Origin: Candidatus Latescibacterota bacterium
GTDB lineage: Bacteria > Latescibacterota > UBA2968 > UBA8231
Length of the DNA: 64,000 nt
Assembly (NCBI GenBank): GCA_965248265.1
Contig: CBDFJF010000002.1
Span: forward strand, 3,488,001-3,552,000
Reading direction: 5' to 3'
The position numbers were made by a program, and so were the translations under genes. The notes below the pieces were generated by a model. That model was not told where the DNA came from, did not search any database, and saw nothing but the letters and a program-made list of their open reading frames with translations. Positions 18,813 through 28,429 of this stretch are shown here, in pieces (the first letter of the stretch is position 1; each line of letters starts with the position of its first letter).

Positions 18813-19958
18813 GTGAATGATCAATACGGCAAACGATTGAACCTCCTGCCATTGGTGGCAGTAGTGGTGGCCTGGTGTCTGCTGGGCGAGATCGCAGCAG
18901 AACCTTACATCGCCTACCGAGAGGGTTACAAGTGCAGCGTGTGCCACGTCAACAAGACCGGGGGCGGAAAACGCAATGCCTACGGCGCGCTCTACACCCA
19001 GACGGAACTGACTCCCCTGCTCGAGTCCCTGGCGGACGGATCGATGGACTTTGAGACCGATCTGAATCCGGCAATTTCGATTGGGGTGGATTTCATGGTC
19101 ACCCATCAGACGCAGTTCTCCGCCGAAGAGGCGCTGGCGCAATTGGACACCGTCTACAAGCAAGACTCAGCCAACAGTTTTGACGTGGAAAGCGGCAATC
19201 TATACCTCGAAGCTATGCTCGTGCCAGGTCGGATGTCGTTCTACCTGGACGAAACAGTGGCGCCTTCGGGCGCCAGTAATCGCGAGGCATTCGTCCTGTT
19301 CGAGGGATTGCCGGCCACCGGTTACCTCAAGGCGGGGCGCATGCTCCTTCCATACGGCATTCGGTTGTGGGACGACGAGAGTTTTATCAGGCAGGTGACT
19401 GGATTCAATTACGACAATCAAGACATGGGCTTCGAGGTTGGTTTCGAACCTGGTCAGGTTGCGCTGAGCGTCGCGATCTCCAACGGAACGCAGGGCGGCA
19501 AAGACAACAATGAAGGCAAGCAGATCTCCACCGTGGGATCGGTCTTTCTGCCGGCAAATGTCATGCTGGGAGGTTCGTTCGCACGCAACAAGTCGAGGGG
19601 TGTTGAACGCCTGGTGATGGGACCCTACGCCAGTGCCCGGCTGGGACCCGTGACGGTGATGGGCGAGGCTGATTGGCTGAAGGATGACTCTAATGGCGAC
19701 GACAACGACCAGTTTGTCGGATTCGCCAGCCTGGAATACTGGCATCGTGAGGCGATCAATTTCAGGTTGGCCTACGACTATCTGGATCCCTACGACGAAG
19801 TCGAGGAAGACGAGCGTAGCCGGTTGACGATCGGCGTCGAGGCTTTCCTCACGCCTCAATTGACTGCCAGTGCGACTTACAAGCTGAAGGAGAGCGTTCC
19901 TCAGGACCTTCAGGGCAATGCGGACGCCTTCCGGTTGGCCGCTCATGCCTTCTTTTAA
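18813..19958 (+). CDS. Outer-membrane beta-barrel protein with an N-terminal CxxCH heme-binding motif
   Basis: Signal peptide, CSVCH, amphipathic beta-strands and a C-terminal Phe; GTG 18813 has a GAGGT RBS. Confidence 0.8.
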   Translation: MNDQYGKRLNLLPLVAVVVAWCLLGEIAAEPYIAYREGYKCSVCHVNKTGGGKRNAYGALYTQTELTPLLESLADGSMDFETDLNPAISIGVDFMVTHQTQFSAEEALAQLDTVYKQDSANSFDVESGNLYLEAMLVPGRMSFYLDETVAPSGASNREAFVLFEGLPATGYLKAGRMLLPYGIRLWDDESFIRQVTGFNYDNQDMGFEVGFEPGQVALSVAISNGTQGGKDNNEGKQISTVGSVFLPANVMLGGSFARNKSRGVERLVMGPYASARLGPVTVMGEADWLKDDSNGDDNDQFVGFASLEYWHREAINFRLAYDYLDPYDEVEEDERSRLTIGVEAFLTPQLTASATYKLKESVPQDLQGNADAFRLAAHAFF

Positions 19959-19977
19959 GGTGCCTGGTTGCCTGAAC

Positions 19978-21075
19978 TCAGGTCTTGAACAGCACCTGTA
20001 TCACGTCGCCATCCTCAGGGGTGTAGGTCCGGCCTTCGGTCCGCAGTTGACCTTGGGACCTGAGGGTCGCCCAACTACCGGCATCCACCAGGTCTCGCGC
20101 TGACACCACCTCGGCACGGAGGAAGCCTTTTTCCATGTCGGTGTGAATGCGTCCCGCTGCTCGCGCTGCAGTGGTAGAGTGTGGCAGCTGCCAGGCTTGT
20201 AGCTTCTGATGTGCGAAGGTGTAGAACGTGATCAGTCCAAGCAGATTATATGCCGAGCGAATCAAGCGGTCTATGCCGCGCTCCTGCAAGCCCATCGCCG
20301 ACAGGAATTCTCCTTGCTCTTCAGCCGTAGCCAGAGCGGCTATTTCGGCTTCGATCCCCGCCGCGATCACGAGAATGTTGTTCCTGCCCAGACTCTCGAG
20401 TTCCTCAGGACATTGAAGGAGCTGTCCGTCACCGCTTCGCGATTCATCAACGTTTGCCACGTACAGCACCGGCATGGCGGATATCAGTCCGTAGCCATTG
20501 ACTGAGGTCTCCTGCTCTGGAGACAAAGTACATTCTCGAACCGGGCAGCCGTCAGACAGTTGGGCTGACAACGCCTGAAGGGTTTCGAATTCCGTTCGAC
20601 GAGGTGAACGCGGATCGGTCCGCACAAGCTTGTCGAGTCCGGGCAGAACACTATCGATTATTTCGAGATCGGCGAGGATGAGCTCATCTTCGATGACACG
20701 AATATCTCGTTGCGGATCGAGGCTTCCATCGACGTGGGCGACGCTGGGGTTATCGAAGCAGCGGACCACATGGATCAGGGCGTCTGCACCGCGGATGTCG
20801 GCCAGGAATTGGTTGCCCCTGCCCTCTCCCCTGCTGGCTCCCCGCACCAGACCGGCGACGTCCGTGAACTGGATTGCCGTCGGAGTGCAGCTGTCCGGAG
20901 TGAGTACGGTTTGGAGTTGAGCCAGGCGCTCGTCCGGCACCGCGACGATGCCGACATTCGGATCGATGGTGCAGAACGGGTAGGCGGACGCTTCAGCCCG
21001 GCCCTGGGTAAGGGCATTGAACAGCGTGCTCTTGCCCACATTGGGTAACCCCACAAGGCCAACCGTCAACGCCAT
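19978..21075 (-). CDS. ychF: Redox-regulated ATPase YchF
   Basis: GLPNVGKST, YPFCTIDPN, DVAGLV, IHTDMEKGF and a TGS-like C-terminus. Confidence 0.96.
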   Translation of the reverse strand: MALTVGLVGLPNVGKSTLFNALTQGRAEASAYPFCTIDPNVGIVAVPDERLAQLQTVLTPDSCTPTAIQFTDVAGLVRGASRGEGRGNQFLADIRGADALIHVVRCFDNPSVAHVDGSLDPQRDIRVIEDELILADLEIIDSVLPGLDKLVRTDPRSPRRTEFETLQALSAQLSDGCPVRECTLSPEQETSVNGYGLISAMPVLYVANVDESRSGDGQLLQCPEELESLGRNNILVIAAGIEAEIAALATAEEQGEFLSAMGLQERGIDRLIRSAYNLLGLITFYTFAHQKLQAWQLPHSTTAARAAGRIHTDMEKGFLRAEVVSARDLVDAGSWATLRSQGQLRTEGRTYTPEDGDVIQVLFKT

Positions 21076-21080
21076 CGTCG

Positions 21081-22907
21081 TTATTGATCCTGCGCGGATT
21101 CATCCTCCTCGGGCAACAGCATCGGTCGCACGAGGATGGTCTTTTCCCTGCTCAACACGGCCAATCCCGGCGCCGCGCCGCGGGGTTTGCGCACATGCTT
21201 TGCCGCGGTGTAGGAGACGGAGACCTTGTTGGCTGTTCTGCCCTTGCTCCAGTAGGCGGCGACCGCTGCGGCCTCTTCCACGGTGCGGGCACTCGGCTGC
21301 TCCTTGCGGCCGTCTCGTCGCAGCACCACGTGCGATCCGGCATACCCGTGGGCGTGAAACCAGATATCTTCAGGGGCAGCCAATCGGTGGGTAAGGACAT
21401 CGTTTTCACGATTGTTGCGCCCCGCCCACACGATCCACCCAGCGCTGGTTCGATAACGACGGGGACGAGCCTGGGGCTCCTTATCACGACGGTTCTTGTG
21501 ATCCAACGGTGGTAGCTCCCGCATCAAGTGGTCGATTTGATCTTGCGGCAAGCCACCGCGCTCACAGTCACTGGCCAATTGCCGCAAACGCCCGATTTCA
21601 TCCTCAAGCCGGGAGAGATGGGGCGGCAGGACCTCGGCGCGCTTTCTCAGCTTGGCTGCCCTCTTCAGATAGCTGCCGCCCATGTCCGCGATGCTGCGCC
21701 GGGGATCGAGTTCGATCAGGATCCTGGCATTTGTGTCGGCATTGAAGGGGTCTTCCAACTCCAGCCGGTCGGAACCGGGATCGATGTTCTTCGCATGTGC
21801 GAGCAGGACAGCACCTTTCCGGGCACAGTCTTCGGCATCCTTCGTCTCGTCCAGGTCCGCTTGCAACGCAATCCGTTTGCGTTCCAGAGCGCGCAGGCGC
21901 GTGCGCAGAGCCTTGCGTGCACGACGGTGCCGGGTGGATCTGGTGGGAACTGCACTGGTTTCAAGAACCCGAAACCAGTGCTCGATCCCCTCGCTGACGG
22001 TGGCGTGGCTGCTCAGATCCTCCACCTGTCGATCCGGTGCGAGTGCGGAGAACTGTACCGCACCTGCTTCTACCCATGTCGATAAACCAGCGCCTGATCC
22101 GGAGGTGAACAGCGAACTGGCCTCCGACCAGAACCTGTGCAGGTCGTCGTCGCTGCATTCAGCGATCGTGTGCACGGAACTGATGTGGGCGCGGTTCAAG
22201 AGCTCGGTGCAGACGTGCCGGTCGACGCCACACAGATGACGGGTAGCTACGCGCATGAGTGGTTCAGCCCAGTCTTCGCTCCTCATCCGGTCGATGAAAG
22301 CAGCCCCATCATCTTCCCCAGGTAGCAGGCGGGCATTGGGTGCACGAACGTAGGGTTGACGGATGCGGACCCGCTGATCGCCGGCCGGCCCCCGGTTGTT
22401 GCGGAGTCGAGACAGCGACCAGATCCAGATAACCCGCTCGCTGCGCTCAGCCATCAGGATCGTTTGAAAGCGCCGGTGGACGAGTTCGAAGATCAGTCGT
22501 CCGAAACTCTCCGTGCCATCCGGGCCGAGCCGGCTCAGGAGAACATTGATCTGGCGCTCTCGACGATCGGCTTCCACCGCAACTATCCTGGCACCCCGCA
22601 AGTAGCGCTCGCCATCGCTCTCACCTTTGGGGCCAGATGAGCGTTTCGAACCAGCCTGGTCACTGGCAGCATCGAAGGCGGCCGCAGCATCCAAATGAAG
22701 CGCTTCAACCCCAAATCGATTCGTCAGTGTTGCGGCGATCGGCCGGCTCTTCGACGGACGCACGGCGATGAGGAGGGCAGCTGCTTGAGCCGGATCAACG
22801 TCAGCGCCGGGTCGGGGGTACTCCTCGATGGCACAGATTTCATTGCCGACGAGGGTTGCCTCCATCTCGATCGCCAGGGCGCCTATGGTGAAATAGTCGT
22901 ACGCCAC
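21081..22907 (-). CDS. rqcH: NFACT-family ribosome quality control protein (RqcH/Rqc2)
   Basis: NFACT-N-like N-terminus, coiled coil, and NFACT-R motifs GRNNREND, WFHAHGYAGSHV and AAYWS. Confidence 0.85.
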   Translation of the reverse strand: MAYDYFTIGALAIEMEATLVGNEICAIEEYPRPGADVDPAQAAALLIAVRPSKSRPIAATLTNRFGVEALHLDAAAAFDAASDQAGSKRSSGPKGESDGERYLRGARIVAVEADRRERQINVLLSRLGPDGTESFGRLIFELVHRRFQTILMAERSERVIWIWSLSRLRNNRGPAGDQRVRIRQPYVRAPNARLLPGEDDGAAFIDRMRSEDWAEPLMRVATRHLCGVDRHVCTELLNRAHISSVHTIAECSDDDLHRFWSEASSLFTSGSGAGLSTWVEAGAVQFSALAPDRQVEDLSSHATVSEGIEHWFRVLETSAVPTRSTRHRRARKALRTRLRALERKRIALQADLDETKDAEDCARKGAVLLAHAKNIDPGSDRLELEDPFNADTNARILIELDPRRSIADMGGSYLKRAAKLRKRAEVLPPHLSRLEDEIGRLRQLASDCERGGLPQDQIDHLMRELPPLDHKNRRDKEPQARPRRYRTSAGWIVWAGRNNRENDVLTHRLAAPEDIWFHAHGYAGSHVVLRRDGRKEQPSARTVEEAAAVAAYWSKGRTANKVSVSYTAAKHVRKPRGAAPGLAVLSREKTILVRPMLLPEEDESAQDQ

Positions 22908-22938
22908 TTCTCATTCACCCCCCAGACAGCTTTGGGGA

Positions 22939-25722
22939 TCAGGAACTCAACACCCCGAAACTGGCCTCGAGTTTTTTCAGGTTTTCTGCGTATTCCTCCT
23001 GACGCTGACGCTCGCGCTCGACGACCTCGGGGGGGGCTTTTTCCAAGAAGGATGCCTGCTCGAGCTTCTTCTCCAGTCCCGTGAGCAGGCCCTGGAACTT
23101 GGCAATTTCCTTCTTCAACCGGCCTTTCTCCGCCTCCAGATCGATGAGTCCGGCAAGCGGCACGAACACATTGAGGTCTCCGACCACGGCACTGCCCGAA
23201 GAGGGTGGCTGAGGCAACCCGACACCGATCTCGATGTCCTCGGCGTTCGTCAAAACAGCGATGTACTCACGGAGTTCGAGAAGGTTGACCTGATGGGCCT
23301 CCGCCGCGGCCGACAACACGATCTGCACCTTCTTGCCGGGCGGAACATTGAGCTCGCTGCGGATGGTCCGCACGGAAGAAACCACGTCCTTGAGCATGCC
23401 CATCTCCGTCTCGGCCACTTCATCACGATCGGTTGGTCGTGATGAAGGCCACGCCGTAACCATGATGCTGGCTTCGGCTGAGTGGGGGGTGATGGGTAAC
23501 GCTTGCCACAGGGATTCTGTGATGTAGGGCATCACCGGATGCATCAGACGCAACGCCTGTTCAAAGGCCTCGACGAGCACCTGTTGCGTCAGGGATCGGT
23601 CTGCGGTGTCAGTGCCCTGCAGTCGAACCTTGGCCAGCTCGAGGTACCAATCGCAATAGTCATTCCACAGAAACTCGTACAACGTCCGCGTCACATCATT
23701 GAAGCGGTAGGCATCCAGCAGGACGCTGACCTGATCGATGGTGAAGGCCAGCCGGCTGCGGATCCAGCGATCCGCCAGCACCTCAGACGTGGCGGTTTGG
23801 TCCGGAGCTCGATACCCCTCGAGGTTCATGAGCACGAAACGGGCCGCGTTCCAGAGCTTGTTGCAGAAGTTCTGCCCCGCCCTGGCGCTCAACGAGGATG
23901 TGACCTTGTTGTCGGCGATCTCCGCATCGAAGCGGATGTCCTGCCCGGCGCCGGCCTGATGCAGGAGGCTGTAACGGGTCGCATCCGCACCGTAGAGCTC
24001 CACCAAGTCCAGTGGATTCAACCCCGTCCCCAGACTCTTGCTCATGCGGCGTCCGTCCTTCGTCTGCACCGTGGGATGAACCAGGACGGTTTTGAACGGA
24101 ATCTTGCCGGTGAACTCCAGCGACGTCATGGCCATGCGCAGCACCCATAGATAGAGTATGTCCCTGGCCGTGATCATCAGATCGGTGGGAAAGAAGAACC
24201 CGAGGTCTTTTTCGGTTTGCGGCCAGCCAAGCGTCGCGAACGGCCACAGCGCCGACGAGAACCAGGTGTCGAGCACGTCGGGATCACGCACCCACTCACC
24301 GTCCGAGCACTTCGAGCACGGCTCCGGACGGGTGCTGCTGACCACCGGGACCGCGCCACCCTGTATCGAGACGCGGAAGCTGCCCTGCGGGAGCGCCTGT
24401 TCCCGAGGTATCCCGCCCAGGGGGATCAGGCCATCCTCGCCACTGCAGCGGGTGCAGTACCATGCGGGTATTCGATGTCCCCACCAGATCTGCCGCGACA
24501 GGGCCCAATCGCGAATGTCATCGAGCCACTCAAGCGCATAGCCGCCAAAGCGCTCGGGCACGTACTCGATCTGCGAAGATTCGATGTAGGGTCGCGTTTT
24601 CTTTGCGAGAGGCTTCATGTCCATGAACCACTGTTCCATAGGCAAGGGCTCGATCACGGTCCCGCACTTGTCGTGATGTGGCACGGCATGTTCGTGGTCT
24701 TCGACCTTCACCAGCATTCCCTGGGCCTCCAGCGCCTCAACCACTCGATCGCGGCAGGCATAGCGGTCCATGCCAGCGTAGGGGCCGCCGGCCGCCGCTG
24801 TCATGGTACCGTCGAAGTCGATAACCTGAATCTGCTCCAGCTCGTGGCGCTGCCCGATCTCGTAGTCGTTCGGATCGTGAGCCGGCGTGACCTTCACCGC
24901 CCCACTGCCCATCTCGGGGTCGGCGTACTCATCTGACACAATCGGAATTTCACGGTCGGTCAGAGGCAGTCGAAGCCTGCCCCCGATGGCTTCGTGCCAG
25001 CGTTGATCCGTCGGGTGAACGGCCACGGCCGTGTCTCCGAGCATGGTCTCGGGTCGGGTAGTGGCGACGACGACACCGAGATCCCCATCGACGCTGGGGT
25101 AACGGATATGCCACAGATGCCCCTGCTGCTCGATCTCTTCCGTCTCCAGATCAGAAATCACAGTTCCACAATATGGGCACCAGTTGATCATGCGCGTGCC
25201 CCGGTAGATCCAACCGCTCGTGTGGAAGTGTTCGAAGGCCTTCAGAACCGCCTCGGCGTACTCCTCATCCAGGGTGAAACGGGATCGTTCCCAGTCGTAG
25301 CTGCACCCCAGTTTTCGCAGTTGATCGTAGATGGTGTTGCCGTAGCGCTCCTTCCATGCCCAGATGCGCTCCATCATCGCATCGCGACCGATGTCGTAGC
25401 GGGTCTTGCCTTCCTCCTGCTGCAGCTGCTCCTCCACCTTCATCTGCGTGGCGATGCCGGCGTGGTCGGTACCGGGAAGACAGAGGGTCTCGAATCCCTG
25501 CATGCGCTTGAAGCGTGTCACGGCATCGTGGATGGCGTGCTGAATGGCGTGACCCATGTGAAGCTCGCCGGTCACATTCGGTGGAGGAATGGTGATACAG
25601 TAGGCTTGGGCGTCCGCCGGCCTGGCCGCAGCATTGAAAAATCCGCTGCTTTCCCAGTGAGCGTACCATTTTTCCTCGACGACCTTTGGGTCGTATGTTT
25701 TTTCCAGCGTGCTTTCGGGCAT
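22939..25722 (-). CDS. valS: Valine--tRNA ligase
   Basis: PPPNVTGELHMGH, TTRPET, SRQIWWGH, DTWFSS, RMSKS and a C-terminal coiled coil. Confidence 0.98.
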   Translation of the reverse strand: MPESTLEKTYDPKVVEEKWYAHWESSGFFNAAARPADAQAYCITIPPPNVTGELHMGHAIQHAIHDAVTRFKRMQGFETLCLPGTDHAGIATQMKVEEQLQQEEGKTRYDIGRDAMMERIWAWKERYGNTIYDQLRKLGCSYDWERSRFTLDEEYAEAVLKAFEHFHTSGWIYRGTRMINWCPYCGTVISDLETEEIEQQGHLWHIRYPSVDGDLGVVVATTRPETMLGDTAVAVHPTDQRWHEAIGGRLRLPLTDREIPIVSDEYADPEMGSGAVKVTPAHDPNDYEIGQRHELEQIQVIDFDGTMTAAAGGPYAGMDRYACRDRVVEALEAQGMLVKVEDHEHAVPHHDKCGTVIEPLPMEQWFMDMKPLAKKTRPYIESSQIEYVPERFGGYALEWLDDIRDWALSRQIWWGHRIPAWYCTRCSGEDGLIPLGGIPREQALPQGSFRVSIQGGAVPVVSSTRPEPCSKCSDGEWVRDPDVLDTWFSSALWPFATLGWPQTEKDLGFFFPTDLMITARDILYLWVLRMAMTSLEFTGKIPFKTVLVHPTVQTKDGRRMSKSLGTGLNPLDLVELYGADATRYSLLHQAGAGQDIRFDAEIADNKVTSSLSARAGQNFCNKLWNAARFVLMNLEGYRAPDQTATSEVLADRWIRSRLAFTIDQVSVLLDAYRFNDVTRTLYEFLWNDYCDWYLELAKVRLQGTDTADRSLTQQVLVEAFEQALRLMHPVMPYITESLWQALPITPHSAEASIMVTAWPSSRPTDRDEVAETEMGMLKDVVSSVRTIRSELNVPPGKKVQIVLSAAAEAHQVNLLELREYIAVLTNAEDIEIGVGLPQPPSSGSAVVGDLNVFVPLAGLIDLEAEKGRLKKEIAKFQGLLTGLEKKLEQASFLEKAPPEVVERERQRQEEYAENLKKLEASFGVLSS

Positions 25723-25866
25723 GGGTGGACTCAGTGGTGTGGCCGGCAATGGACGTACTCACGAACCCATGTCGGGCTCGTGAGCCAATATAGTGTTCGC
25801 CCTCGCACATTGACAATTTTACAGCCAACCTGAATCTGGTTTCTCGGAGGTTTCCGTTCTTCCCAG

Positions 25867-25896
25867 TTTACTTCCAATCGTTATCATTGATATAAT
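25867..25896 (+). promoter_or_regulatory. Extended -10 promoter for the murQ operon
   Basis: TTTACT-N18-TATAAT, with TG one base before the -10 (TGaTATAAT). Confidence 0.6.
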
Positions 25897-25959
25897 TGTC
25901 ACGACCCTCAATCAGATATCATAGATACGTCGTCGTCGTCTCATCCTCAGGGGCAAGCC

Positions 25960-26883
25960 GTGGTCGACTGGGCCAATCTTGAAACCGAACAGCGCAATCC
26001 CAACAGCGACCATATCGATGAGGTGTCCGCTCTGGAGATCTGCCGGATCATCAACCGCGAGGATAGTGGCGTGGCGACGGCAGTTGAAGGAGCCCTGCAG
26101 GAGATAGCCGCGGCCGTGAATCTGGTTGCTGATTCCCTGAGAGCTGGCGGCCGGCTGTTCTACCTGGGGGCTGGGACCAGCGGTCGCCTGGGAGTGCTGG
26201 ACGCTTCGGAATGTCCTCCGACCTACAACACCGACCCATCCATGGTTCAGGGCCTGATCGCCGGGGGCGAGGCCGCCGTTTTTGGGGCGGTGGAGGGGGC
26301 GGAGGATGATGCGGGTGGGGCCGTCGAGCCGCTCTCAGCGCGCGGAGTTGACCCACCGGATGTCGTCGTCGGCATCGCGGCCAGCGGAGTTACCCCGTTT
26401 GTTATCGGGGGCTTGCGATATGCCCGTGAACGGGGTTGCCGCACGGCGCTGCTGTGCTGCAGCCCGATCCTGGAGCGCGGCGTCGATGTCGATGTCAGCA
26501 TCGTCGTTCCCGTCGGCCCGGAGGTCGTCACCGGCTCGACGCGAATGAAGGCCGGGACAGCAACCAAGATGGTTTTGAACATGGTGTCCACGGGGGCCAT
26601 GGTGCTGTTGGGGAAAACCTTCGGCAATCTGATGGTCGATCTGCAACCCAAGAGCGCCAAGTTGCGAGACCGATCGGGACGGATACTGGGCGCCCTGACT
26701 GGTTTGGCTCCGTCCGAGTCGAACGGCCGCCTGATGGAATCCGGTTGGGATCTCAAGCTTGCCCTGGTTATGGAATTGTGCGATCTCGACCGCGACGCGG
26801 CGGCCGAGCGGTTGGAGCGATACAGCGGCCACCTCAAGCAAGCGGTCGGCTGCCACCCCAAACATCCATCACAGAACCCGTAA
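25960..26883 (+). CDS. murQ: N-acetylmuramic acid 6-phosphate etherase
   Basis: TEQRNP, GAGTSGRLGVLDASECPPT, EGAED and GPEVVTGSTRMKAGTA. Confidence 0.97.
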   Translation: MVDWANLETEQRNPNSDHIDEVSALEICRIINREDSGVATAVEGALQEIAAAVNLVADSLRAGGRLFYLGAGTSGRLGVLDASECPPTYNTDPSMVQGLIAGGEAAVFGAVEGAEDDAGGAVEPLSARGVDPPDVVVGIAASGVTPFVIGGLRYARERGCRTALLCCSPILERGVDVDVSIVVPVGPEVVTGSTRMKAGTATKMVLNMVSTGAMVLLGKTFGNLMVDLQPKSAKLRDRSGRILGALTGLAPSESNGRLMESGWDLKLALVMELCDLDRDAAAERLERYSGHLKQAVGCHPKHPSQNP

Positions 26884-26902
26884 TACTATTTGGAGACTCG
26901 GT

Positions 26903-27304
26903 ATGCAAGAAGTCGGTTACAGATCATGGGGACTGGTTCCCGTTGACTCAGATCCCACCTCCGGAATGCCTTCGTCAACACATCCACCGATGATTTCCAC
27001 CCTCGCACTCGATCGCGGAGCGAGCCTGGTTATAGAATTCGCCGAGCCGCTGTCAGAGGTGCATCTGCGAATGCGCCTGACCGCGCTGTCAACGGAAGGC
27101 GAAACAGGTTCCAACATGAAGCTGCTGTCGGCGCGCACGGAGGGAGCATTCGAAGCGCTTTCGACGCAGGAGTGGGAGAAGAGTTTCGAGAGCATGGAGG
27201 CCGTGTTTGCGGTCCCTCTGGTGAATGTCGGCGCGTACCTGAAGATCCATTCGCAGGCGAGCACGACGCTCATCATCAGCACGCTCACCCTCAACGTGCC
27301 CTGA
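26903..27304 (+). CDS. Hypothetical beta-rich protein (133 aa)
   Basis: GGAG RBS before ATG 26903; its stop overlaps the next start (TGATG). Confidence 0.65.
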   Translation: MQEVGYRSWGLVPVDSDPTSGMPSSTHPPMISTLALDRGASLVIEFAEPLSEVHLRMRLTALSTEGETGSNMKLLSARTEGAFEALSTQEWEKSFESMEAVFAVPLVNVGAYLKIHSQASTTLIISTLTLNVP

Positions 27305-28407
27305 TGGGTCAGACCAGCAGTCTCATCGGCAAGAACAAGGTGGACCTCGACACGCCGGTCCTTTTGATCGATCTGGACGCGTTCGAGCGCAACATCGCCA
27401 CCTTCGTCGATTACTGCAGTGAGGTTGGCACGAACTGGCGCCCCCACAGCAAGGCGCACAAGTGCCCGGAGATCGCCCGCCGGCAGGTGGAGGCCGGGGG
27501 CCTTGGCATAACCTGCGCCAAGCTGTCGGAGGCCGAGGTCATGGTTGCGGGTGGGGTCAACGATATCCTGATCGCGAACCAGATCGTCACTGCCGCCAAG
27601 CAGCAGCGGCTTGCCCAGATGCAGCGTCAAGCCCGGGTGATTTCAACCGTCGACGACGCGGATGTGGCTCGGCGGATGGGCGCGGCGGCGGTCGAAGTCG
27701 GTGAAACCATCCCTCTCCTCATTGACGTCAATATTGGTATGGATCGCACAGGGGTATTGCCTGGGGAGCCCGTGTTGGAACTGGCAGACGTCGTGGCCTC
27801 GACTGATGGTCTTCAACTCGAGGGCATCATGGGGTACGAGGGCCACCTGCTGGATGTGCATCCGCCACTGAAAAAAATCGAGGCCGTGCACACCTGCCTT
27901 GAGGGGTTGGTCCAGAGCAAGAGCCTGCTGCTGGATCGAGGACTGCCCTGTCCGATCGTCAGCGCGGGCGGAACGGGCACCTACCTGATCACGGCGGCCT
28001 ACGATGGCGTCACCGAAATACAGGCCGGTGGCGGCATCTTCACGGACCGGATGTACCGCAAAACCTGCCATGTCGAGACCTTCGACTACGCTCTGACCGT
28101 GTTGGCAACCGTCACCAGCGCGCAGGACGGTCACATCGTCATAGACTCCGGTTTCAAGACCCTCTCGTCCCATCACCAGGAACCCGCCCTCCTGGATTGG
28201 GATGCTCTCAAATTGCGATACCTGTCTGCCGAACACGGCGTCTTCGACCTCGAGCCAGGGAGTGCGGGACCGCGGATTGGCCAGCAGGTCGAACTCATCG
28301 TCGGCTACTCCGACTCGACTACCGTGCTGCACGATCACTTTGTCGGCCTGCGCGATGGCGTTGTTGAAGTCGTGTGGGAGATCCGTGGCAGAGGAAAACT
28401 GACATGA
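27304..28407 (+). CDS. DSD1/D-threonine aldolase-family PLP enzyme (alanine racemase fold)
   Basis: LDTP, RPHSKAHK, RTG, GYEGH, GGTGT, EIQAG and SAEHG. Confidence 0.92.
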   Translation: MGQTSSLIGKNKVDLDTPVLLIDLDAFERNIATFVDYCSEVGTNWRPHSKAHKCPEIARRQVEAGGLGITCAKLSEAEVMVAGGVNDILIANQIVTAAKQQRLAQMQRQARVISTVDDADVARRMGAAAVEVGETIPLLIDVNIGMDRTGVLPGEPVLELADVVASTDGLQLEGIMGYEGHLLDVHPPLKKIEAVHTCLEGLVQSKSLLLDRGLPCPIVSAGGTGTYLITAAYDGVTEIQAGGGIFTDRMYRKTCHVETFDYALTVLATVTSAQDGHIVIDSGFKTLSSHHQEPALLDWDALKLRYLSAEHGVFDLEPGSAGPRIGQQVELIVGYSDSTTVLHDHFVGLRDGVVEVVWEIRGRGKLT

Positions 28408-28429
28408 ACGGGGGGAGGACTCCCCTGCC

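Noticed and set aside
21081-22907. Fibronectin-binding adhesin
   Set aside because: A legacy name for NFACT proteins; there is no signal peptide and it sits between valS and ychF.
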